A DNA stretch of 64,000 nucleotides, taken from assembly GCF_009914755.1 (NCBI RefSeq), contig NC_060947.1; one strand, written 5' to 3'. Below are positions 40,533 to 53,700 of the stretch, one piece after another (position 1 is the first letter of the stretch; each line of letters starts with the position of its first letter). This DNA comes from the human T2T-CHM13v2.0 reference genome, Homo sapiens. Both the position numbers and the translations under genes were made by a program. The notes under the pieces were generated by a model. It made no database searches, was not told the origin of the DNA, and saw only the letters and a program-made list of their open reading frames with translations.

Positions 40533-43500
40533 GTATCTTCACATAAAAACTGGACAGAAGCATTCTCAGAAACTTCTTCATGATGCCTGCATTCAACTCA
40601 CAGAGTTGAATCTTTCTTTTGATAAAGCAGTTTTGAAACACTCTTTTTGTATAATCCGCAAGTGGCTATTTGGAGCGCTTTGTTGCCTATGTTGAAAAAG
40701 GAAATATCTTCACATAAAAACTAGAGAGAAGCTTTCTCAGAAACTTCTTTGTGATGTGTGCATTCAACCCACAGAGTTGAACATTCCTTTTGATATAACT
40801 GTTTTGAAACTCTCGTTTTGTAGAATCTGCTAGTGGATACTTGGAGCGCTTTGAGTTCTATGGTGTAAAAGGAAATATCTTCACATAAAAATTAGATGGA
40901 AGCATTTTCTGAAACTTCTTTGTGATGTGTGAATTCAACTCACAGAGTTGAACTTTTCTTTGTTAGAGCAGTTGTGGAACACTCTTTTTGCAGAATCTGC
41001 AAGTGGATGTTTCTTTCCCTTTCAGGCCTATGTTAAAAAAAGAAATATCTTCACATAAATACTAGACAGAGGCCTTCTCAGAAACTTCTTTGTGATGTGT
41101 GCATTCAAGTCACAGAGTTGAACCTTTCTATTCATAGAGCAGTTTTGAAACACCCTTTCTGTAGAATCTGCAAATGTATATTTTGAGGGCTTGTAAGACA
41201 ATGACCAAAAATGAAATATCTTCACATAAAAATTAGACAGAAGCATTCTCAGAAACTTCTTTGTGATGTGGACATTCAAGCCACAGACTTGAACCTTTCT
41301 TTTGATAGAGCAGTTTTGAAACACTCTTTTTGTAGAATCTGCAAGTGGATATTTGGAATGCTTTGAGGACTACGGTTTAAAAGGGAATATCTTCACATAA
41401 AAACTAGACAGAAGCCTTCTCAGAAACATCTTCGTGATGTGTGCATTCAACTCACAGAGTTGAAACTTTCTTTTGATAGAGCAGTTTGGAAACACTCTTT
41501 TTGAAGAATCTGCAAGTGGATATTTGGAGCGCTTTGAGTCCTATTGTGGAAAAGGAAATATCTTCACATAAAAAGTAGACAGATGTATTCTCAGAAACGG
41601 CTTTGTGATGTGGCCATTCAACTCACAGTGTTGAACCATTCTTTTGACAGATCAGTTTTGAAACTCTCTTTCTGTAGAATCTGCAAGTGGATATTTGGAG
41701 CATTTTGAGATCCTTCATGGAAAAGGAAATATCTTCACATAAAAGCTAGGCCAAAGCATTCCCAGAAACTTCTTTTTGATGTGTGCTTTCAACTCACAGA
41801 GTTGAACCCTTCTTTTGATATAGCTGTTTTGAAACATTCTTTTTGTAGAATGTGCAAGTGGATATTTGTTTCCCTTTGAGGCCTATGTTGGAAAACGAAA
41901 TATCTTCAGATTAAAACTAAACAGAAGCATTCTAAGAAACTTCTCTGTGATGTGTGCATTAAACTCACAGAGTTGAACGTTTCTATCGATAGAATAGTTT
42001 TGAAAGGCACTTTTTGTAGAATCTGCAAGTGGATATTTGGAGCTCATCGAGGCCTATGGTGGAAAAGAAAATATCTTCACATAAAAACTAGACAGAAGCA
42101 TTCTCTGAAACTTCTTTGTGATGTGTGCATTCAACTAACAGTGTTGAAACTTTCTTTTGATGGAGCAGTTTGAAACACACTTTTTGTAGAATCTGCAAGT
42201 GGATAATTTGTTCCCTTTGATGCCTATGGTTGAAAAAGAAATATCTTCACATAAAAACTACACAGAAGCATTCTCAGTAACTGCTTTGTGATGTGTGCAT
42301 TGAACTCACATTGTTGAACTTTTGTTTTGATAGAGCAGTTTTAAAACACTCTTTTTGTAGAATCTGAAAGTGGATATTTGGAGCGCTTTGAGGTCTATGG
42401 TGGAAAATGAAACATCCTCACATAAAAACTAGACAGAAGCATTCTCAGAAACCTCTTTGTGATATGGGAATTCAACTCACAAAGTTGAACTTTTCTTTTG
42501 ACAGAGCAGTTTTGAAACACTCTTTTTGTAGAATCTGCAAGGGGATGTTTTGTACCTTTCGAGGCCTATGGTGGAATAGGAAATATCTTCACATAAAAAC
42601 TGCCCAGAATCATTCTCCGAAACTTCTTTGTGACGTGTGCATTCAACACACAGAGTTGAACCTTTTTTTGGATAGAGCAGTTTTGAAACACACTTTTTGT
42701 AGGATCTGCAAGTGGATATTTTGTTCCATTGGAGGTCTATGTTGGATAACAAAATATCTTCACATAAAAACTAGACAGAAGAATTATCAGAAACTTCTTT
42801 GTGATCTGTGCATTCAACTCACAGAGTTGATCCTTTCTTTTGATAGAGGAGTTTTGAAACAATCTTTTTGTAGAACCTGCAGGTGGATATTTGGAGCGCT
42901 TGGAGGCCTATGGTGGAGAAGGAAATATGTTCACATAAAAACTAGACAGAAGCATTCTTTGAAACTTCTTTTTGCTGTATGTATTCAAGTAACGGAGTTG
43001 AACCTTTCTTTTGATAGAGCAGTTTTGAATCACTCTTTCTGTAGTATCTACAGCTGGTTATTTTGTTCCCTTTGAGACCTACGATGGAAAACGAAATATC
43101 TTCACATAAAACGAAACAGAAGCATTCTCAGAAACTGCTCTGTGATGTGTGCATTCAACTCGGAGAGCTGAACCTTTCCTTTGATAGAGCAGTTTTGAAA
43201 CACTATTTTTGTAGTATCTGAAAGGGGATATTTTGTTCCCTTTGAGGCCTATGTTGGAAAAAAAATATCTCCACATAAAAACTAGACAGAAGCATTCTCA
43301 GAAACTTCTTTGTACTGTGTGCATTCAACTCACAGAGATGAACTTTTCTTTTGATAGAGCAGTTTTGAAACAATCTTTTTGTAGAATATGCAAGTGGATA
43401 TTTGGAGTGCTTTGAGTCCTATGGTGGAAAAGGAAATATCTTCATATAAAAACTAGACAGAAGCATTCTCAGAAACTTCTTCGTGGTGTGTGCATTCAAC

Positions 43501-46500
43501 TTACAGAGTTGAAATTTCTTTTGATAGAGCAGTTTTGAAACACTCTTTTTGTACAATCTGCAAGTGGATATTTGGAGCGCTTTGAGGCCTATGGTGGAAA
43601 CGGAAATATCTGCACATAAAAACTGGACAGAAGCATTCTCCAAAACTTCTTTGTGTTGTGTGCATTCATCTCACAGAGTTGAACCTTTCTTTTGATAGAG
43701 CAGTTTTGAAACATCCTTTGTAGAATCTGCAAGGGGATAGATTTTTCCCTTTGAGGCCTATGGTGAAAAAAATAAATATCTTCACATAAAAACAAGACAC
43801 AAGAATTCTGAGAAACTTCTTTGTGATGCGTGCATTCAACTCAGAGTGTTGAACCTTTCTTTTGACCTAGCAGTTCTGAAAAGCTCTTTTAGTAGAATCT
43901 GCAAGAGAATATTTGGAGTGCTGTGAGTCCTATGGTGGAACAGGAAATATCTTCGCATAAAAAACTAGACAGAAGCATTCTCAGAAACTTCTTTGTGATG
44001 TGTGCATTCAACTCACAGAATTGAACATTTCCTTCGATAGAGCAGTTTTGAAACACTCTTTTTGTAGGATCTGCAAGTGGATATTTGGTTCCCTTTGACG
44101 CCTATGTTGGAAAAGGAAATATCTTCACATAAAAACTAGACAGAAGCATTGTCAGAAGCTGATTTGTGATGTGTGCATTCAACTCACAGAGTTGAACCTT
44201 TCTTTTGATAGAGCAGTTTTGAAACACTCTTTTTGTAGAATCTGCAGGTAGATGTTTCGAGTGCTTGGAGGCCTACATTGGAAAACGAAATATCTTCACA
44301 TAAAAACTAGACAGAAGAATTCTCTGAAACTTTTTTGTGATCTGCGCATTCACCTCATAGAGCTGAACCTTACTTTTGATGTAGCAATTTTGAAACATTC
44401 TTTTTGTTGAACCTGAAAGTGGGTATTTGGTGCGCTTTGAGGCCTATTGTGGAAAAGGAAATATTTTCACATAAAAACTAGACAGAAGCATTCTCTGCAA
44501 CTTCTTTGTGATGTGTGCATTCAACTCACAGAGTTGAACCTTTCTTTTGATAGAGTAGAATTGAAACACTCTTTTTGTGGAATCTGTAAGGGGATATTTC
44601 TTTCCCGTTGAGGCCTATGTTGGAAAATGAAATATCTTCACATAAAAACTAGACAGATATATTCTCAGAAACTTCTTTTTGATGTGTGCATTCAACTCAC
44701 AGAGTTGAACCTTTCTTTTGATAGAGCAGTTGTGAAACTTTCTTTTTGAAGAATCTGCAAGTGGATATTTTGTTCCCTTTGTGGCCTATGGTGAAAATGA
44801 AATATCTTCACAAAAAAACTAGACACAAGCATTCTCTGAAACTTCTTTGTAATGTGTGCATTCATCTCACAGAGTTGAACCTTTCTTTTGATAGACGAGT
44901 TTTGAAACACTGTTTTTGTAGAATCTGCATGTGGATATTTGGAGTGATTTGAGGCCTATGATGGATATATCTTCACATAAAAATTAGATAGAAGCATTCT
45001 CAGAAGCTTCTTTGTGATGGGGGCATTTGAAACTTCTTTATGATGTGTACATTCAACTCACATAGTTGAACCTTTCTTTTTATAGAGCAGTTTTGAAACT
45101 CCCCTTTTGTAGAATCTGCAAGTGGATATTTGGAGTGCTTTGAGCCCACTGGTGGAAAATGAAATAACTTAACATAAAAACTAGACAGATGCATTCTCCG
45201 AAACTACTTTGTGATTTGTGCATTCAACTCACAGAGTTGAACCATTCTTTTGATAGAGCAGTTTTGAACCACACTTTTTGTAGAATCTGCAAGTGGATAT
45301 TTGGTTCCCTCTGAGGCCTATGTTGGAATATGTAATATCTTCACATAAAAACTAAAGAGAAGCATTCTCAGAAACTTCTTTGTGATGTGTACATTCAACT
45401 CACAGAGTTGAAAGTTTCTATTCATAGAGCAGTTTTGAAACACTCTTTTTGTAGAGTCTGCAAGTGAATATTAGGAGCGCTTTGAGGCCTATGGTGGAAA
45501 AGGAAATATCTTCCCATAAAAACTAGACAGAAGCGTTCTCAGAAACTTCTTTGTGATGTGTGCATTCAACTCTCAGGGTTGAACCTTTCTTTGGCTACAG
45601 CAGTTTTGAAACTCTCTTTTTGTAGAATTTGCAAGTGGATATTTGGTTCCCTTAGTGGCCTATGGTTGAAGAAGACACATCTTCACATAAAAACTAGACA
45701 GAAACATTCTCAAAAACTGCTCTGTGATGTGTGCATTCAACTCACCGAGTTTAACTTTTCTGTTGATAGAGCAGTTTTGAAGCACTCTTTTTGTAGAATC
45801 TGCAAGTGGATATTTGGAGCACTTTGATGCACATGGTGGAAAAGGAAATATCTTCACTTAAAACCTAGACAGAAGCATTCTCCAAAACTTCTTTGCGTTG
45901 TGTGCATTCAACTCACAGAGTTGAAACTTTCTTTTGATAGAAGAGTTGTGAAACACTGTTTTGGTTAAATCTGCAAGGGTATATTTTGTTCCCTTTGAGG
46001 CCTATGTTGGAAAATGAAATATCTTCCCATGAAAACTACACAAAAGCATTCCCCGAAACTTCTTTGTGGTGTGCGCATTCAACTTACAGAGTTAGAACTT
46101 TCTTTTGATAGAGCAGTTTTGAAACACTCTTTTTGTAGAATCTGCAAGGGGATATATGGTTTCCTTTGAGGCCTATGATGGAATACGAAATATCTTCACA
46201 TAAAAAGTAGACAGAAGCATTCTCAGAAACTTCTTTGAGATGTGTGCATTCAACTCACAGAGTTGAACCTCTCTTTTGATAGAGCAGTTTTGAAGCACTC
46301 TTTTTGTAGAATCTGCAAGTGGATATTTGCAGCGCTTTAAGGCCTATGGTGGAAAAGGAAATATCATCACTATAAAACTAGACAGAAGCATTCTCCGAAA
46401 CTTTTTGTGGTCTGTGCATTCAACTCAGAGTTCAACCTTTCATTTTATACAGCAGTTTTGAAACACTCTTTTTGTAGAATCTGCGAATGGGTATTTGCAG

Positions 46501-49029
46501 CGCTTTAAGGCCTATTGTGGAAAAAGAAATATCTTCACATAAAAACTAGACAGAAGAATTCTCAGAAAATTCTTTGTGATGTGTACATTCAACTCACAGT
46601 GTTGAACCTTTCTTTTGATAGAGCAGTTTTGAAACAATCTTTTTGTAGAATCTGCAAGTTGATATTTGGAGTGCTTTGAGGCCTATGGTGGAAAAGGAAA
46701 TATCTTCACATAAAAGCTAGATAGAAGCATTCTCCGAAACTTCTTTGTGATGTGTGCATTCAACTCACAGAGTTGAACATTTCTTTGGATGGCACAGCTT
46801 GGAAACACTCTTTTTGTAGAATCTGCAAGTGGATATTTGGTTCCCTTTGGGGCTTATGTTGGAAATCGAAATATCTTCACATAAAAAGTAGAAGAAACAT
46901 TTTCATAAACTGCTTTGTGATGTGCGCATTCAACTCACAGAGTTGAACATTTCTTTTGATAGAACAGTTTTGAAACACTCTTTTTGTAGGATCTACAAGT
47001 GGATATTTGGAGCGCTTTGAGGCCTATATTGGAAAACAAAAAGTCTTCACATAAAAACTAGACACAAGTATTCTCTGAAACTGCTTTGTGATTTGTGCAT
47101 TCAACTCACAGAGTTGAACCATTCTTTTGATAGAGCAGTTTTGAAACACTCTTTTTGCGGAATCTGCTAGTGGTATTTGAAAGCTTTGAGGCCTATGGAG
47201 AAAAGGAAATATGTTCACATAAAAATTAGACAGAAGCATTCTCCGAAACATCTTTTTGATGTGCGCATTCAACTCACACAGTTGAACCTTTCTTTTGATA
47301 GAGCAGTTTTGAAACACTCTTTTTGAAGAATTTGGAAGTGGATATTTGGAGCGCCTTGAGGCCTATGGTGGAAAAGGAAATATCTTCACATAAAACTAGA
47401 CAGAAGCATTCTGCGAAATTTCTTTGTGATGTGTGCATTCAACTCATAGACTTGAGCCTTTCTTTTGATAGAACAGTTTTGAAACACTCTTTTTGTGGAA
47501 TCTGCAAGTGGATATTTCGATCCCTTTGAGGCCTTACGTGGAAAAGGAAATATTTTCACATAAAAACTAGACAGAAGCATTCTCCAAAACTTCTTTGTGA
47601 TGTGTGCATGCAACTCACAGTGTTGAAAGTTTCTTTTGTTGGAGCAGTCTTGAAATCCTCTTTCTGTAGAATCTGCAAGGGGATATTTGGTTCCCTTTGA
47701 GGCTTATGTTGGAAAACGAAATACCTTCACATAAAAACTAGACAGAAACATTCTCATAAACTGCTTTGTGGTTTGTGCATTCAACTCCCAGAGTTGAAAA
47801 TTTGTTTTGATAGAGCAGTTTTGAAACACTCTTTTTGTAGAATCTGCAAGTGGATATTTTGTTCCCTTTGAGGCCTATGTTGGAAAACGAAATATCTTAA
47901 CATAAAAACTAGACAAAAGCATTCCCCAATACTTCTTTGTGATGTGTGAGTTCAACTCCCAGAGTTAGAAAGTTCTTTTGATAGAGCAGTTTTGAAACAC
48001 TCTTTTTGTAGTATCTGCAAGGGGATATTTTGTTTCCTCTGAGGCGTAAGTTGGAATAGGAAATATCTTCACATAAAAACTAGACAGAAGCATTCTCAGA
48101 AACTCCTTTGTCATGTGTGCATTCAACTCTCAGAGTTGAAACTTTATTTTTTAGAGCAGTTTTGAGACACTGTTTTTGTAGAATCTGCAAGTGGATATTT
48201 GGAGTGCTTTGAGGCCTATACTGGAAAACGAAATGTGTTTAATTAAAAACTGGACAGAAGCATTCTCAGAAACTACTTTGTGATTTGTGAATTCAATTCT
48301 CAGAGTTGAACCTTTCTTTTGAAAAAGCAGTTTTGAAACACTCTTTTTGCAGAATCTGCAAGTGGATATTTGGAACGCTTTGAAGCCTATGGTGGAAAAG
48401 GAAATATCTTCAGTTAAAAACTAGACAGAAGCATTCTCCGAAACACCTTTGTGATTTATGCATTCAACTCACACAGTTGAACCTTTCTTTTGATAGAGCA
48501 GTTTTGAAACACTCTTTTTGTAGAATCTGCAAGTGGATATTTGGAACGCCTTTTGGTCTATGGTGGAAAAGGAAATATGTTCACATAAAAAGTAGACAGA
48601 AGCATTCTGTGAAACTTCCTTGTGATGTGTGCATTCAACTCACAGACTTGAGCCTTTCTTTTGATAGAGCAGTTTTGAAACACTCTTTTTGTAGAATCTG
48701 GAAGTGAATATTAGGAGTGCCATGAGGCCTATGGTGGAAAAGGCATTATCTTCACAAAAAACTACACAGAAGCATTCTCAGAAACATCCGTGGGTGTATG
48801 CATTCTGCTCACAGAGTAGAACTATGCTGTTGATAGAGCAATTTTGAAACACTCTTTTTGTAGAATCTGCAAGTGGATATTTGGAGCACTTTGATGTCTA
48901 CGGTTGAAAAGGAAATATCTTCACTTAAAAACTAGACAGAAGCAATCACCGAAACTTCTTTGTGATGTCTGCATTCATCTCACAGAGTTGAACAGTTTTG
49001 TTAGAGCAGTTTTGAAACACTCTTTTTGT

Positions 49030-52000
49030 AGAATTTGCAAGTGGATATTTGGTTCCCTTTGAGGCCTATGGTGAAAAAGGAAATATCTTCTCATAAAACC
49101 TGGACACCAGCATTCTCAGAAACTTCTTTGTGATGTGTGCATTCAGCTCACAGAGTTGAACTTTCTTTTGATAGATCAGTTTTGAAACGCTCTTTTTGTA
49201 GTATCTCCAAGTGGATATTTGAAGTGCTGTGAGTCCTACGGTGGAAAAGGAAATATCTACACATAAAATCTAAAGAGAAGCATTCTCAGAAACTTCTTTG
49301 TGATATGTGCATTGAACTCACAGTGTTGAACCTTTCTTTGGATAGAGCTGTTTTAAATCACTGTTTTTGTAGAATCTGCAAGTGGATATTTGGTTCCCTT
49401 TGAGGCCTATGTTTGAAAACGAAATATTTTACCATTAAAACCAGACAGAAGCATTCTCAGAGACTTCTTTGTGATGTGTGCATTCAACTTATGGGTTTGA
49501 ACCTTTCTTTTGATAGAGCAGTTTTGAAACACTCTTTTTGGAACATCTGCAGGTGGACATTTTGTTCCCTTTAAAGACTATGTTGGAAATGAAATATCTT
49601 CACATAAAAACTAGACAGAAGCATTCTCAGAAACTTCTTTGTGATGTGTGCATTCAACTCACAGAATTGAACATTTCCTTCAATAGAGCAGTTTTGAAAC
49701 ACTCTTCTTGTATAATCTGAAAGTGGATATTTGGAGCGCTTTGTGGCCTTTGGTGGAAAAGGAAATATCTTCACATAAAAACTAGACAGAAGCATTCTCC
49801 GAAACTTCTTTATGATGTGGGCATTGAACTCACAGGGTTGAATCTTTCTTTTGAAAGAGCAGTTTTGAAAGTCTCTTTTTGAAGAAAATGCAAGTGGATA
49901 TTCACAGGCCTTGGAGGCCTATGGTAGAAAAGGACATATCTTCACATAAAAACTAGACAGAAGCATTCCCAGAAACTTCTTTGTGATGTGGGCATTCAAT
50001 TCACAGAGATGAAACTGTCTTTTGATAGAGCAGTTTTGAAACACTCTTTTTGTAGAATCTGCAAGTGGATATTTGGTTCCCTTTGAGGCCTTTGTTGGAA
50101 AACGAAATATCTTCACATAAAACTAGACACAAGCATTCTCAGAAGCTTCTTGTGATGTGTGCATTCAAGTCACAGTGTTGAACCTTTCTTTTGATAGAGC
50201 AATTTTTAAACACTCTTTTGGTAGAATCTGAAAGTGAACATTTGGAGCACATTGATCACTATGGGGGAAAAGGAAAGATCTTCACATTAAAACTAGATAG
50301 AATAATTCTCAGAAACCACATTGTGATGTTTGCATTCAACTCACACAGTTGAACCTTTCTTTTGATCGAACAGCATTGAATCTCTCTTTTTGAAGAAAAT
50401 GCAGGTGGATATTCATAGCGCTTTGAGGCGTAGGTTGGAAAAGGAAATATCTTCACATGAAAACTACACAGAAGCATTCTCCGAAACTACTTTGTGATGT
50501 GTGCTTTCTACTCACAGAGTTGAACCTTTCTTTTGATACAGCAGTTTTGAAAGTCTTTTTGTAGAAAATGCAAGTGGATATTTGGAGCGATTTGAGGCCT
50601 ATGAAGGAAAAGGAAATATCTTCACATAAAAACTAGACAGAAGCATTCTCTGAAACTTCTTTATGATGTGGGCATTGAACTCACAGGGTTGAAACTTTCC
50701 TATGAAAGAGCAGTTTTGAAAGTCTCTTTTTGAGGAAAATGCAAGTGGATATTCGCAGGCCTTGGAGACCTATGGTGGAAAAGGACATATCTTCACATAA
50801 AAACTTGACAGAATCATTCCCTGAAACTTCTTTGTGATGTGGGCATTCAACTCACAGAGATGAAACTTTCTTTTGATAGAGCAGTTTTGAAACACTCTTT
50901 TTGTAGAATCTGCAAGTGGATATTTGGTTCCCTTTGAGGCCTTTGTTGGAAAACGAAATATCTTCTCATAAAACCTGGACACCAGCATTCTCAGAAACTT
51001 CTTTGTGATATGTGCATTCAGCTCTCAGAGTTGAACCTTTCTTTTGATAGAGCAGTTTTTGTAGTATCTCCAAGTGGATATTTGAAGCGCTTTGGGTCCT
51101 GTGGTGGAAAAGGAAATATCTACAGATAAAAACTAAAGAGAAGCATTCTCAGAAACTTCTTTGTGATGTGTGCATTGAACTCACAGTGTTGAACCTTTCT
51201 TTGGATAGAGTAGTTTTAAAACACTCTTTTTGTAGAATCTGCAAGTGGATATTTGGTTCCCTTTGAGGCCTATGTTTGAAAACGAAATATTTTACCATTA
51301 AAACCAGACAGAAGCATTCTCAGAGACTTCTTTGTGATGTGTGCATTCAACTCATGGATTTGAACCTTTTTTTTGATAGAGCAGTTTTGAAACACTCTTT
51401 TTGGAATATCTGCAGGTGGATATCTTGTTCCCTTTGAAGACTATGTTGGAAATGAAATATCTTCACATAAAAACTAGACAGAAGCATTCTCAGAAACTTC
51501 TTTGTGATGTGTGCATTCAACTCACAGAATTGAACATTTCCTTCAATAGAGCAGTTTTGAAACACTCTTCTTGTATAATCTGAAAGTGGATATTTGGAGC
51601 GCTTTGTGGCCTTTGGTGGAAAAGGAAATATCTTCACATAATAACTAGACAGAAGCATTCTCTGAAACTTCTTTATGATGTGGGCATTGAACTCACAGGG
51701 TTGAATCTTTCTTTTGAAAGAGCAGTTTTGAAAGTCTCTTTTTGAAGAAAATGCAAGTGGATATTCACAGGCCTTGGAGGCCTATGGTGGAAAAGGACAT
51801 ATCTTCACATAAAAACTAGACAGAAGCATTCCAAGAAACTTCTTTGTGATGTGGGCATTCAATTCACAGAGATGAAACTGTCTTTTGATAGAGCAGTTTT
51901 GAAACACTCTTTGTAGAATCTGCAAGTGGATATTTGGTTCCCTTTGAGGCCTTTGTTGGAAAATGAAATATCTTCACATAAAACTAGACACAAGCATTCT

Positions 52001-53700
52001 CAGAAGCTTCTTGTGATGTGTGCATTCAAGTCACAGTGTTGAACCTTTCTTTTGATAGAGCAGTTTTTAAACACTCTTTTGGTAGAATCTGAAAGTGAAT
52101 ATTTGGAGTGCATTGATCACTATGGGGGAAAAGGAAAGATCTTCACATTAAAACTAGATAGAAGAATATTCAGAAACTACATTGTGATGTTTGCATTCAA
52201 TTCACACAGTTGAACCTTTCTTTTGATCTAACAGTATTGAATCTCTCTTTTTGAAGGAAATGCAGGTGGATATTCGCAGCGCTTTGAGGCATAGGTTGGA
52301 AAAGGAAATATCTTCACATGAAAACTACGCAGAAGCATTCTCCGAAACTACTTTGTGATGTGTGCTTTCTACTCACAGAGTTGAACCTTTCTTTTGATAG
52401 AGGAGTTTTGAAACACTCTCTTTGTAGAATCTGCAAGTTGATATTTGAAGTGCTTTGAGGCCTATGGTGGAAATGGAAATATCTTCACTTAAAAACTAGA
52501 CTGAAGCATTCTCAGAAACTTCTTTGTGATGTTCGCATTCAACTCACAGAGTTCAACCTTTCTTTTGATACAGCAGTTTTGAAAGTCTTTTTGTAGAAAA
52601 TGCAACTGGATATTTGGAGCGATTTGAGGCCTACGATGGAAAAGGAAATATCTTCACATAAAAACTAGACAGAAGCATTCTCTGAAACTTCTTTATGATG
52701 TGGGCATTGAACTCACAGGGTTGAAACTTTCTTATGAAAGAGCAGTTTTGAAAGTCTCTTTTTGAAGAAAGTGCAAGTGGATATTCGCAGGCCTTGGAGG
52801 CCTATGGTGGAAAAGGACATATCTTCACATAAAAACTAGACAGAAGCATTCCAAGAAACTTCTTTGTGATGTGGGCATTCAACTCACAGAGATGAAATTT
52901 TCTTTTGATAGAGCAGTTTTGAAACACTCTTTTTGTAGAATCTGCAAGTGGATATTTGGTTCCCTTTGAGGCCTTTGTTGGAAAACGAAATATCTTCACA
53001 TAAAACTAGACACAAGCATTCTCAGAAGCTTCTTGTGATGTGTGCATTCAAGTCACAGTGTTGAACCTTTCTTTTGATAGAGCAGTTTTTAAACACTCTT
53101 TTGGTAGAATCTGAAAGTGAATATTTGGAGCTCATTGATCACTACGGGGGAAAATGAAAGATCTTCACATTAAAACTAGATAGAATAATTCTCAGAAACT
53201 ACATTGTGATGTTTGCATTCAACTCACACAGTTGAACCTTTCTTTTGATGAACAGTATTGAATCTCTCTTTTTGAAGAAAATGCAGATGGATATTCGCAG
53301 CGCTTTGAGGCATAGGTTGGAAAAGGAAATATCGTCACATGAAAACTACACAGAAGCATTCTCTGAAACTACTTTGTGATGTGTACTTTCTACTCACAGA
53401 GTTGAACCTTTCTTTTGATAGAACAGTTTTGAAACACTCTTTTTGTAGAATCTGCAAGTGGATATTTGGGATGCTTTGAGGCCTATGGTGGAAATGGAAA
53501 TATCTTCACATAAAAACTAGACTGAAGCATTCTCAGAAACTTCTTTGTAATGTTCGCATTCAATTCACAGAGTTCAACTTTCTTTTGATACAGCAGTTTT
53601 GAAAGTCTTTTTGTAGAAAATGCGAGTGGATATTTGGAGCGATTTGAGGCCTATGGTGGAAAAGGAAATATCTTCACCTAAAAACTAGACAGAAGCATTC
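49030..53700 (+). repeat. Nested (cascading) tandem duplications: ~1.87-kb 11-mer and ~1.02-kb 6-mer / 0.85-kb 5-mer
   Basis: TCTTCTCATAAAACCTGGACACCAGC occurs at ~49086 and ~50961. AAACTTCTTTATGATGTGGGCATTGAACTCACAGGG occurs at ~49802, 50653, 51665 and 52685. Confidence 0.9.

Larger units (their letters stand above)
36951..40750 (+). repeat. Mixed A/B-type block 2 (SF5/R1R2-like) with CENP-B boxes
   Basis: TGGACATTT, AACTACTTTG, AACATTCC and GGAAACGGGA variants return, with three intact boxes. Confidence 0.75.
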
